NCBI GenBank assembly: GCA_965248195.1
Contig: CBDFIQ010000002.1
Span: forward strand, 1,984,001-2,048,000
DNA length: 64,000 nucleotides
Direction: 5' to 3'
From: Longimicrobiales bacterium
GTDB taxonomy: Bacteria; Gemmatimonadota; Gemmatimonadetes; Longimicrobiales; Gaopeijiaceae
This document shows, in pieces, positions 21,859 to 31,223 of this stretch (within the stretch, counting starts at the first letter, position 1; every line of letters starts with the position of its first letter). Both the position numbers and the translations under genes were made by a program. Below the pieces are notes generated by a model. That model did no database searches. It saw nothing but the letters and a program-made list of their open reading frames with translations, and was not told where the DNA came from.

Positions 21859-22584
21859 CTAAAGGGGAGTCAAGTCCTTTACCCGCCTCAAGATGAGGGC
21901 CACCTGATCCTCGAATGACAGGCCCGTGGTGTCCACCTCTACGGCATCCTCCGGCCGCCTGAGAGGGGAGTGATTCCGGCTCTGATCGGCCTGGTCGCGC
22001 TGTTCTATGCGTCGGGCCTCTTCCTGGATTTCGCCCGAGGTCGGCTCACGTCCGGCAACCTGAAGCAACCGCCGTCGGGCGCGTTCCTCGAGCCCCGCAA
22101 CAAGAAAAATTTTCACGTCCGCGTCGGGGAAGACGACGGTGCCCATATCTCTGCCGTCGGCCACCAGATCTCCGTGGGCGCCCATGCTGCGCTGCACGCC
22201 GAGCAGCCAATCACGGACCGCCGGTAGGCCGGCGAGCGCGGAAACGTTTCCGGTCACCTCCGGAGTCCGAAGTTCCGACGTGAGAAGCACACCATGGCGG
22301 TAGATGTTCACACCGTCGCCTTCCGCTTCGACCTCTATGTTGAGCGCACTCAACTGTCCGGATTCGAGACCCCGCCACTCCTCCTCCGACACGCCCTCCT
22401 GTAGAAGCGCGAAGGTCAGCGCCCGGTAGAGAGCCCCCGAATCGAGGTGCCGAAAGCCCAACCGTTTCGCTACCGCTTTCGCCGTCGTGGTTTTGCCCGA
22501 CCCGGCGGGACCGTCGAGCGTGATCACGATGGGTCGGGTCGGTCCGTCGGCCACGTTCGATCCGTAGCGTATGGAACGCGTCAT
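21859..22584 (-). CDS. cmk: Cytidylate kinase
   Basis: ITLDGPAGSGKTT, LDSGALYRA, VADGRDMGTVVFPDA, RDQAD motifs. Confidence 0.96.
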   Translation of the reverse strand: MTRSIRYGSNVADGPTRPIVITLDGPAGSGKTTTAKAVAKRLGFRHLDSGALYRALTFALLQEGVSEEEWRGLESGQLSALNIEVEAEGDGVNIYRHGVLLTSELRTPEVTGNVSALAGLPAVRDWLLGVQRSMGAHGDLVADGRDMGTVVFPDADVKIFLVAGLEERARRRLLQVAGREPTSGEIQEEARRIEQRDQADQSRNHSPLRRPEDAVEVDTTGLSFEDQVALILRRVKDLTPL

Positions 22585-22603
22585 GGTCAGGTGTGCACCA
22601 CGG

Positions 22604-23908
22604 TCAGGAGCGCTCCGCGCTCAGGTCTTCGAGCATGCCCCAAAAACCCGGGAAGCTCACGTCCGCCACGTCGGCGCCGTCGATCTCGATACGATTCCCC
22701 GGAAGCGCCCCGAGCACGCCGAACGCCATGGCGATGCGGTGGTCGTGATGGCTCGACACCCGGCCGGCGAGCGGATGATCGCCTCCCTCGATTTCGAGGC
22801 CATCACTCAGCTCTTCGGCCCGTACACCCACGGCTCGGAGGTTTTCGACAAGAACTAGGATCCGATCGGATTCCTTGACCCGCAACTCGGCCGCCCCGGT
22901 AATACGGGTCACACCCTCGGCCCGTGCGGCCAGGATCGAGAGGATCGGAAATTCATCGATCATGGCGGGCACGTCGCCCGCTCCAACGGTTGTGCCGATC
23001 AGCTTCGAGGGCCGCCCACGAAGCAAACTCACCGGCTCTCCGCCATCCTCCTCCGCGAAGGGATCGGCCCCCACGCTCGCGCCCATGCGGTCCAGTACGT
23101 CCAGCAGTCCACGACGGGTCGGATTCATGCCCACGTGTGCGATTTCGAGTCCGCCCTCGACCCCGCCCAGGATCGCCAAGGCGAGGAAGAAAGCGGCCGA
23201 AGAAAAGTCGCCCGGAACCTCGAGGTCGAGAGGAGCGATCCGCTCGGGGGGGTCTCGCAACTCTACCCTCCAAAGGCCGTCGGCCTCATGAGATACGACC
23301 GAGACGCCGGACATAGCAAGCATCCGCTCCGTGTGATCCCGTGAGCGGTGCGGCTCCGACATCAAGACGAAGGCGCCGCTCACCAGGCCAGCCAGAAGCA
23401 ACGCACTCTTCACCTGGGCGCTCGCCACGGGGGAGTCATAGTCGAGCGGCTCCAGCGTGCCGCCCGTCACCTCGAGAGGGAGCCGATCCGGCTCGCCCAC
23501 CTCACGAAAGACGGCGCCCATCTTGGACAGCGGGTCGGTCACGCGTCCCATGGGACGGCTCCGCAGCGACGCGTCCCCGGTCACGGTCACGTTCATTGGC
23601 TGACCGGCCAGGACGCCCAGCATGAGCCGAGCGCCCGTACCGCTGTTCTCGAAATCCAAATCGTCGTGCGGCTCGTGTAGGCCACGAAGACCCACTCCTT
23701 GAATTCGCACCTCGGCTCCGTCTCCATCGAACGGAGGGATGTCCACACCCAAGGCACGCAGCGCCCCGGCCGTCGCCTGCGGATCCTCCCCGGACAGCAG
23801 ACCCCGAAGTCGGCTTTCCCCCACGGCGAGTGAAGCGAAGATGAGGGCTCTTTGGGTGACCGACTTGTCGCCCGGAACCCGAATTCGTCTCACGGTTCCT
23901 GCCTCCAC
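22604..23908 (-). CDS. aroA: 3-phosphoshikimate 1-carboxyvinyltransferase
   Basis: VPGDKS, NSGTGARL, GDASLRSRPM, ASAQVKSA, RDHTERML, ELRVKESDRI, DHRIAM motifs. Confidence 0.97.
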   Translation of the reverse strand: MEAGTVRRIRVPGDKSVTQRALIFASLAVGESRLRGLLSGEDPQATAGALRALGVDIPPFDGDGAEVRIQGVGLRGLHEPHDDLDFENSGTGARLMLGVLAGQPMNVTVTGDASLRSRPMGRVTDPLSKMGAVFREVGEPDRLPLEVTGGTLEPLDYDSPVASAQVKSALLLAGLVSGAFVLMSEPHRSRDHTERMLAMSGVSVVSHEADGLWRVELRDPPERIAPLDLEVPGDFSSAAFFLALAILGGVEGGLEIAHVGMNPTRRGLLDVLDRMGASVGADPFAEEDGGEPVSLLRGRPSKLIGTTVGAGDVPAMIDEFPILSILAARAEGVTRITGAAELRVKESDRILVLVENLRAVGVRAEELSDGLEIEGGDHPLAGRVSSHHDHRIAMAFGVLGALPGNRIEIDGADVADVSFPGFWGMLEDLSAERS

Positions 23909-24735
23909 TCCCGCGTAGCACGCATCAAATCAGCGACCTCTTCGAGTGAGCGCTCAGATAACGCTCTCCGAACGGCGTCCAGGCCGCTCTGCACGCTCTC
24001 GATCGCCCGAAGGTTTTCCTTACTCGCTTCGTCGAGCAGGACCGTCCACACCTCCGGCGAGCTTTCGGCCAGACGCGTCAAATCGCGGCCCCCAGGTCCG
24101 AGATCCTCCACGTTGAGCCCCGCCTCGGCCATCGCGCGTGCCACCACGTTGGAGATCAACTGCGGGAGGTGACTCGCCCACACCATGAGCCGGTCGTGTG
24201 CATCCGCGTCGGTGAGCCGGACCCTCGCGCCCGTCGCCTTCCACATCGACTCCACCGCGCCGATCCGCTCGCTTCCGGCCTCTCCACCACACACGAACAC
24301 TGTTTCACCCGAGAAGAGATCCTCCGATGAGGCCTCGTATCCCGAGTCGGTCCCGCCGGCGAGCGGATGACTCCCGACGAACTGCGAAGCGGCTCCGAGT
24401 GCCCGAGCCTCCTGCATCATCGGCTCCTTGAGGCCGACCACATCGGTGACAGTCGCGTCCCCCCATCGCCCGACATGGGCCCTCATCATGTCTCGAGCCA
24501 CATCCAGTGGTGTCGCGTAGACCACCAGATCCTGTCCCTCGACGGCCTCCACGGCCGTACCAGCCACCGCGTCGATCGACCCGTCGGCCAGGGCACGATG
24601 GGCGTCCTCTCGAGTTCGGTTGAATGCCACGATCCGGGGCCCGTCGTCCATGAGGCGGAACGCACGTGCGAGTGATCCACCAATGAGACCCAGACCGACG
24701 ATCCCCACCCGCTCGAGGGCGAGTCCCGGGGTCAC
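23890..24735 (-). CDS. tyrA: Prephenate dehydrogenase
   Basis: [16 protein letters not shown]...K, HPLAG, HD...SHLPQ, DLTRLA motifs. Confidence 0.9.
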   Translation of the reverse strand: MTPGLALERVGIVGLGLIGGSLARAFRLMDDGPRIVAFNRTREDAHRALADGSIDAVAGTAVEAVEGQDLVVYATPLDVARDMMRAHVGRWGDATVTDVVGLKEPMMQEARALGAASQFVGSHPLAGGTDSGYEASSEDLFSGETVFVCGGEAGSERIGAVESMWKATGARVRLTDADAHDRLMVWASHLPQLISNVVARAMAEAGLNVEDLGPGGRDLTRLAESSPEVWTVLLDEASKENLRAIESVQSGLDAVRRALSERSLEEVADLMRATREWRQEP

Positions 24736-25775
24736 AGACTGCTCGCCTTTTCACCGGGCTCGATCTCCTTGCCAGCATGGCTCTTGCTGCCAACGTCGCT
24801 CTCGCCTCCAGCGTCGCCCTCGCCAGCGGCGTCCCCCCCGCTACCGGCATCGCCCCCAGCTACACCGTCGTTGTGCGGAATTTCTACGCTGAGACCGTCA
24901 CGTGCGATGACCGCTGCTGGGAACGCCTCACGCGCCTCGGCTTCGAGTTCTGAGGGGTCGTCGGAGTAGCGCGCAGAAATATGCGTCAGATAGAGCTGCC
25001 GTACGCCGGCCTTGGACGCTAGGGCCGCCGCCCCCCGAGCTGTACTGTGGTATGTCTGCCCGGCCCGATCGGCCTCTTCGTTTCCGAAGGTGGCTTCGTG
25101 GACCAGCAAGGAGGCGCCTTTCGCGATCTCGATCGTCGCCTCGGAAGGGCGGGTGTCGCCCGTGTAAACCACCACACGCCCTGGACGGGGCGGTCCCACG
25201 ACGTCTGCCGGCTCGACTTGGCGCCCATCGACCTCGACCGTCTCCCCCATATGCAACTTGCCGAAGAGTTCTCCCTCGGGTACCCCCAGAGCGCGGGCGC
25301 GCTCGACATCGAAGCGGCCGAGCCGTTCGTGCTCCACGAAGGCGTACCCCAACGCGGACATACGATGATCCGCCGGGAAGGCGACCACGTCATACTCGTC
25401 GTACTCCACGCGCGAACCCGCACGAAGCTCGTCGATTTCGAGTGGAAACGGCACCCGGTCCACGCCCAAGCTCACGGCCTGTTCGAGCGTGCTCCGGGAC
25501 CCGGCAGGGCCGAAGATCCGAAGCGAATCGGTCCGATCCTGAAGTGCCATCGTCCTCAGGAGCCCCGTGATCCCGAGGAAGTGATCGGCGTGAAGATGAG
25601 TCACGAAAATGTCTTGGACAGCGAAGCCCGTGCCGTAACGCATCATCTGGCGTTGCGTTCCCTCGCCACAATCGAGAAGGAAGGAGTCCCCCTCCCTCTG
25701 AAGGGCGATCGCACTCACGTTGCGGCGCACCGTAGGTCGGGCCGCGGCGGTCCCGAGAAATGTGACTCGAATCAT
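24732..25775 (-). CDS. rnz: Ribonuclease Z
   Basis: [53 protein letters not shown] motifs. Confidence 0.95.
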   Translation of the reverse strand: MIRVTFLGTAAARPTVRRNVSAIALQREGDSFLLDCGEGTQRQMMRYGTGFAVQDIFVTHLHADHFLGITGLLRTMALQDRTDSLRIFGPAGSRSTLEQAVSLGVDRVPFPLEIDELRAGSRVEYDEYDVVAFPADHRMSALGYAFVEHERLGRFDVERARALGVPEGELFGKLHMGETVEVDGRQVEPADVVGPPRPGRVVVYTGDTRPSEATIEIAKGASLLVHEATFGNEEADRAGQTYHSTARGAAALASKAGVRQLYLTHISARYSDDPSELEAEAREAFPAAVIARDGLSVEIPHNDGVAGGDAGSGGDAAGEGDAGGESDVGSKSHAGKEIEPGEKASSL

Positions 25776-25837
25776 GGGTCAAGCCGGAGTTGGGGCGGGG
25801 TGGAGCCGCAGAGCAAAATAGCGTCCAGCTTGCCGGG

Positions 25838-27916
25838 TCAGAAGAGCCGAAGTTGGATCCGGAACGTCCGTCCGGGCTGCGGGAGGCCGCACTGATCGAA
25901 GATCGCGTTGTCGGTCAGATTCGTAACGGAAACCATCGCATCCACGTTCGCGAGGGCGGACCGGCCCTCGAGGGCGAAAAGTCGCCGGAGCTGAAGCTCG
26001 AAGCGGTGGGTTCGCCTCAGCCTGTCCATCGAGGCCGAGTCCGCGTTCAGGCAGAACTGGGTTCCCACGAACCGATACCCGCCGGACAGCCTGAAATCTC
26101 CCGGGGCGGGCACAGCCACACTGAACCCTCCGACGACACTAGGCTCGTATTCAGGCCGGGTCTTGACACCGCTATCCTCCTCAATTTGCCAGGCCTGTTG
26201 GAGCGTGAGATCGCCAGTGTACCGCACCGCCCTCCACTCTCCCGAGCCCACCACTTCCAGACCCGTACCCCGAATGCCATCACGGTTTACCCGCTGGCGC
26301 TTAGGCCCCTGCGGCGTCTGCACGCCGATCCGCACGATGCCGTCGGAGAGGACCTGGCGGAAGCCCACCACTTGGAGGTCCACTCCCTGCAGGTCCCAAG
26401 TCAGCCCGAGCTCCATTCCCGTCAGAACCTCCGACTCCAGATCCGGATTCGGGACGAAGCGACCCAGTGCGTCCGAGTACAACTCCCTGAGGGAGGGAAA
26501 ACGTGCGCGACGGCTGACCCCTCCGTGGAGCAGCAGGGAGCCTCCGCCTGTGAGCGACGACACACCGAGGCGCCCCCCCCAGTCACCCATTCCCCCGAGG
26601 GGGGGGTTCCCCCCTGAATCCGGCGTGTCCGCTCCGTCGACCGAGAGGCCCACGTTGAGCTGCGTCGCACCTAGGCTCTCCCAACCCGGGAGATCGTCGA
26701 AACGCCACTCCGCCTCGGACCCGAGGCTCCACAGACGCTGCCGAAAGTCCCGCACGCCCGAGCCGGCCAGTCGCTCCGTGTGGGATATGTCCCCGTACGT
26801 CAGCGCCGTCCGTAGCTCTCCCCTCTCTCCGACGCTGTGTGCCCCGAGTACGCGGAGCGAAACGGTCCTGTCGTCCCCCTCTTCCTCCTCGATCACGCTC
26901 TCGTATGTGGGAGCATCGAACTGTTGAATCCGGAACGAGCCGAAATCGAGCCCCAAGCTCGCTTCGAGATCTCCCATTCCCCAGCCCGTCTCCTTGCGGC
27001 CGGTCCCCCCGGAGACCGCGGTAATCACACGCTTCTGATCCGGGTACCGCCAGAGCCTCGGGTCTGCCTCGTGGATCTCCGGTGGTACGCCACGCTCTAC
27101 GTCGAATCCGGAGGAGGTGAGTGACATCCAGCCTCCCTCGTCACCCTGGTACCGAACGGAGACGAACGCATCCGTATGCCGGGCGTCACTATTAAGGCGA
27201 AGGTCCCCATCGGCGCTCAACAGTGCGGGGTCCCCCGGGATACCCGAGTCGCCGCTCGGTACCGAGACGCCGGGCCGGTCTCTGAAGCCGCCGCCGCCCT
27301 GCACCAGCCACTGGCCTCCGCCGGACTCGAGCGAGCGGGCCACGGTCCCCCCGAAGATTAGACCGCCGTTGTCGTCCAACGCTGCACTGAGCGTCGCCGG
27401 CGGGGGTGCCTCCAAGCGTTCAACACCACGCGCCACATCGATCGACACCACACCAGCCAGAACGTTCGGCCCATAGAGCACCGACGAGAGTCCTCTCAGA
27501 AGATGAATGGACCGGGCAGCCGTCAGCGGAATGATCGAGAGGTCGGTGCGATGGTCCCAACCCAGGGTCAGAGGGACCCCGTCCACGAGTACCGCGATGT
27601 GCCGGTCGGTGGCACCGCGCAGACTCGGCTGAGCCTCGCCCCGTGAATTTTTCCTGACGCGCACCAACGGCATCTCACGCAACGCCTGTTCCAGCGTCGG
27701 TATCGGCACCGAACCCAGAGAATCGAGGCGCATTTCCACCACCCCCACTCCGCCGGTGACCGTGAGGCGGCGACCGGCCACGACGCGAATCCCATCCAGT
27801 CGGAAGCTGTCGGGATAGATCTCGACGATATCCGAACGGAGCGAGTCCGACCGCTGGGCCTTGGTGGCCTGGGGCCAGATGCCCAAGATCACGAGGGTCG
27901 CCGCCAGAGGGACCAA
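25838..27916 (-). CDS. TonB-dependent receptor
   Basis: Signal peptide; plug (NSRGE...LRG...VLVDGVP...GLSSVLYGPNVLAGVV); NPDLESE; C-terminal NL...PQPGRTFRIQLRLF. Confidence 0.88.
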   Translation of the reverse strand: MVPLAATLVILGIWPQATKAQRSDSLRSDIVEIYPDSFRLDGIRVVAGRRLTVTGGVGVVEMRLDSLGSVPIPTLEQALREMPLVRVRKNSRGEAQPSLRGATDRHIAVLVDGVPLTLGWDHRTDLSIIPLTAARSIHLLRGLSSVLYGPNVLAGVVSIDVARGVERLEAPPPATLSAALDDNGGLIFGGTVARSLESGGGQWLVQGGGGFRDRPGVSVPSGDSGIPGDPALLSADGDLRLNSDARHTDAFVSVRYQGDEGGWMSLTSSGFDVERGVPPEIHEADPRLWRYPDQKRVITAVSGGTGRKETGWGMGDLEASLGLDFGSFRIQQFDAPTYESVIEEEEGDDRTVSLRVLGAHSVGERGELRTALTYGDISHTERLAGSGVRDFRQRLWSLGSEAEWRFDDLPGWESLGATQLNVGLSVDGADTPDSGGNPPLGGMGDWGGRLGVSSLTGGGSLLLHGGVSRRARFPSLRELYSDALGRFVPNPDLESEVLTGMELGLTWDLQGVDLQVVGFRQVLSDGIVRIGVQTPQGPKRQRVNRDGIRGTGLEVVGSGEWRAVRYTGDLTLQQAWQIEEDSGVKTRPEYEPSVVGGFSVAVPAPGDFRLSGGYRFVGTQFCLNADSASMDRLRRTHRFELQLRRLFALEGRSALANVDAMVSVTNLTDNAIFDQCGLPQPGRTFRIQLRLF

Positions 27917-27957
27917 GACGGCCGCTTTACGAGGTGCTGCTATGGAGGGTGGTATCG

Positions 27958-28857
27958 TCAGTCTCGCGATCGAATGGAAGCGGTAGCGAAATCCAAGCCG
28001 AAGTCGAGAACCGGCGCCGAGTGGGTGATCCAGCCGCTGGAGATGTAGTCGACGCCGGTTTCCGCAATGGCGCGGACCGTCTCGGCCGTTACCCGTCCGG
28101 AGGCCTCGAGCACAGCCCGCCCGTCGGTCACCTCGACCGCGCGACGCAGATCCGGAGGGTCCATGTTGTCCAACAGGACCGCCGTGGCGCCCGCCTCGAG
28201 GGCCTCGTTGAGCTGCTCCAGCGTATCGACTTCGATTTCGATGGCGGTGGCCGGTCCAATCTGCTTTCGCGCCCCCCCGACGGCCTCCGCCACGCCCCCG
28301 GACGCCGCGACGTGGTTGTCCTTGATGAGGATGGCGTCGTCGAGCCCGTATCGGTGATTCACGCCACCTCCCGCTCGGACGGCTTGTTTCTCGAGTGAGC
28401 GGAGCCCAGGGGTGGTTTTACGGGTGCAGCAGATTTTCGCGTCGGTGCCGGAAACTGCAGCAACAAGCGTTCCCGTCGCCGTGGCCACACCCGAGAGGTG
28501 GCCGAGGAAGTTGAGGGCCGTTCGTTCCGCCGTGAGGATCGATCGAGTCCGCCCTTCCACGGTGGCCACGACCTCACCGACTTCGACCGGTGCGCCTTCG
28601 TGCACGTCGAAGCGAAGCTCCACGGTTCGATCAACCAGCGTGAAGCTCAGCGACGCCGGCTGCACACCGGCGAGAACGCCTCCCTCCCGGGCTACGATGT
28701 GGGCACGAGCCGTGGCATCCGGCGAGATCACCGCTCGAGAGGTGACGTCACCGCCGGACCCGAGATCCTCGTCCAGGGCACGTCGTACGACGGCTTCGAC
28801 GAGCGCTTCGGGGAGATCGGGGATGTTGGGGATGTCGTTCACACCGTCTGGGGACAC
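27958..28857 (-). CDS. nadC: Nicotinate-nucleotide pyrophosphorylase (quinolinate phosphoribosyltransferase)
   Basis: ALDED, ERTALNFL, TRKTTPGLR, NHRYGLDDAILIKDNH, EVD, LLDNM, EASG motifs. Confidence 0.97.
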   Translation of the reverse strand: MSPDGVNDIPNIPDLPEALVEAVVRRALDEDLGSGGDVTSRAVISPDATARAHIVAREGGVLAGVQPASLSFTLVDRTVELRFDVHEGAPVEVGEVVATVEGRTRSILTAERTALNFLGHLSGVATATGTLVAAVSGTDAKICCTRKTTPGLRSLEKQAVRAGGGVNHRYGLDDAILIKDNHVAASGGVAEAVGGARKQIGPATAIEIEVDTLEQLNEALEAGATAVLLDNMDPPDLRRAVEVTDGRAVLEASGRVTAETVRAIAETGVDYISSGWITHSAPVLDFGLDFATASIRSRD

Positions 28858-28862
28858 AGGAG

Positions 28863-29942
28863 CTAGCCGGACACCCCAGCCACCGGACCGACGGAATCCC
28901 GGTATTCAACCGTCACCGCGACTTCTACGCCGTTCTCGAAGTCGCGACCCTCGGCGCCCAGGTCCACCATGCGCTGAACCGCACGGCGAGCGCCTTCGAC
29001 CACCTCGTCTGGAATGGTGACTTCGTACCGCATCTCCTGAAGGCTCTCGAGGATGTTTTGAAGCGTGATGCTCTTCATGTGAGGGCACAGGTTACACGGC
29101 CGAATGAACTCCACGTCCGGTGTCTCGGCCGCGACGTTATCGCTCATCGAACATTCTGTGACCATCATGACCCGGGCCGGGCGCTTCTCCTTTACGTACC
29201 GAATCATCGACGATGTGGACCCAGCGTAGTCGGTGACGGCGAGGACGTCCGGCGAGCACTCCGGATGGGCCAGCACCACGAGGCCCGGAACGTTCTCGCG
29301 GTAGTCACGGATCTCTTCTGCCGTAAAGCGCTCGTGGACCTCGCAACGCCCACCCCAGGCGATGATTTCGACATCGGTGAGCGCGGCGACGTTCTTGGAG
29401 AGGTATTCATCCGGCAGAAGGATGACACGATCGACCCCCATCGCCTCCACCACATTGACGGCGTTCGCCGACGTGCAGCAAATGTCGGACTCCGCCTTCA
29501 CGTCCGCCGAAGTGTTCACATACGTCACGACCGGTACGCCCGGATACTTCTGCTTCATGCGGCGCACGTCCTCTCCGGTGATCGAGGCAGCCAAGGAGCA
29601 CCCAGCCTCGAGACTCGGTATCAGGACTGTCTTATGCGGAGACAGCAGCTTTGAAGTCTCGGCCATGAAGTGGACGCCGGCCTGTACGATGATGTCCGCG
29701 TCCGTTTTCCCCGCCTGTATTGCCAACTGAAGGGAATCCCCAACGAAGTCGGCCACGCAGTGATAGATGTCGGGGGTTTGATAATTATGAGCGAGAATTA
29801 CCGCGTTCTTGGCTTTCTTGAGCTCGTTGATCGCATGGATCAGGGGCGCCACCACCGGCCACTCCACCGCGGGGATGAAATCCTTGACCCGATCCTGAAG
29901 ATCCGCTGTCTCGCGCGCGACCTCGGGGGTGTATTCAAGCAT
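28863..29942 (-). CDS. nadA: Quinolinate synthase
   Basis: [52 protein letters not shown] motifs. Confidence 0.97.
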   Translation of the reverse strand: MLEYTPEVARETADLQDRVKDFIPAVEWPVVAPLIHAINELKKAKNAVILAHNYQTPDIYHCVADFVGDSLQLAIQAGKTDADIIVQAGVHFMAETSKLLSPHKTVLIPSLEAGCSLAASITGEDVRRMKQKYPGVPVVTYVNTSADVKAESDICCTSANAVNVVEAMGVDRVILLPDEYLSKNVAALTDVEIIAWGGRCEVHERFTAEEIRDYRENVPGLVVLAHPECSPDVLAVTDYAGSTSSMIRYVKEKRPARVMMVTECSMSDNVAAETPDVEFIRPCNLCPHMKSITLQNILESLQEMRYEVTIPDEVVEGARRAVQRMVDLGAEGRDFENGVEVAVTVEYRDSVGPVAGVSG

Positions 29943-30327
29943 CTCGTGTGCGTCGCTCGTGTACCGTGGCCATCCGTGTCGAGCGGTTCGGCCCGGTCGT
30001 GATCAGCTTCCGGGGCCGTTCTGCCCAGGACGTCGAAGTCGCCGCATCTTACACAATATCGGTTCATTCGATCCTGACTCAAGGGCCATCACCTTGCGGG
30101 GCACTTTCGGATTGCCCCTATTCAGCGAACCGGATCCCCAACGATCGGTGAGCCGGCGCTCGCCCGATCACTCGATGGACCCAACCCTCGTACGAGGCTG
30201 GATCAAATGAAAGTTCCCGCTCTCTCTCTTTCGGCGGCCCTCCGGGGGGCAGAGTTCTGACTGACGGGGCGCGGCGTAGCGCGCCCGAGCCGGCCCGGCG
30301 TGGGACGCCCCACGAGAGCCCCCCCAC

Positions 30328-31149
30328 TTGAGATTCAGAGGATACGCTGCCCTCTCGTTGTCGGCGGTTTTCTTTTTGCTCGGTGACATGTTGCAGCGCT
30401 TTGTGGTGTGCCCCTTGTCCCGGATGTTCCCCGCTCGCAGACCCGCGATCCTAGCCGGGTGGCTGCGGTTTCTGTCGCGTACGCTCTTCACGATTCTCAG
30501 GAGAGTCGGTGGCGCGGGCATTCCGTGTCCAGGTCGCGTGCCGGGCGGGCCTGGCGTCCTGATCCTCATGAATCACCAGTCTTTGCTGGATATCCCCATG
30601 GTAGTCGCATCGCTCGACGGCGTGTCTCCCAGGATCGTGACGCGGCAGAGGTACGCCAAGTGGATTCCCATCATCTCTCATACCGCTCGCATGATGGGGT
30701 ACCCGATGGTGAACCCGCTCGCGAAGGCGGGAAAGGGCCGACGGCTTCTAGAGCAGCTCGATCATGTGGCCTGTACGAGTGTCGCGCCCCTGGTCCTTTT
30801 CCCGGAGGGGACCCGGACGCAGGACGGTGAAATCGGCCGATTCCGCACCGCCGGACTCGAGCGGATTCTCCGGGCGAGGGCGTGGCGGGTCTACGTCTTG
30901 GTAAGCGACGGGTATTGGCGTCACAGAAGGCTGGTAGATTTTCTGAGTGGGATGCAGGAGATCGAGGGACACCTGAGCATCTTGGGCCCCTTCGAGTGGG
31001 AGAGTCCCGAGACGGATTCCGGGGACTTCATCGCTCAGATGCGAGGCCAGATGCTGGACGAGCTCGCCCGCGTGCGGGGGGGCGAGACCCACCCGGCACC
31101 AGCGCCAGACGCAGCACCGACTCAGACCCCGGCCCCGTCCCCCGCCTGA
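30328..31149 (+). CDS. Lysophospholipid acyltransferase (PlsC family)
   Basis: NHQSLLD (HxxxxD) and FPEGTRT motifs. Confidence 0.88.
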   Translation: MRFRGYAALSLSAVFFLLGDMLQRFVVCPLSRMFPARRPAILAGWLRFLSRTLFTILRRVGGAGIPCPGRVPGGPGVLILMNHQSLLDIPMVVASLDGVSPRIVTRQRYAKWIPIISHTARMMGYPMVNPLAKAGKGRRLLEQLDHVACTSVAPLVLFPEGTRTQDGEIGRFRTAGLERILRARAWRVYVLVSDGYWRHRRLVDFLSGMQEIEGHLSILGPFEWESPETDSGDFIAQMRGQMLDELARVRGGETHPAPAPDAAPTQTPAPSPA

Positions 31150-31223
31150 ACGGCTGCGCCGATCGGCGGCCTGGGCGGCCGCGCAGAGCGAGAGATGATT
31201 GCTGCGACGACGCCAAAAGAGGG

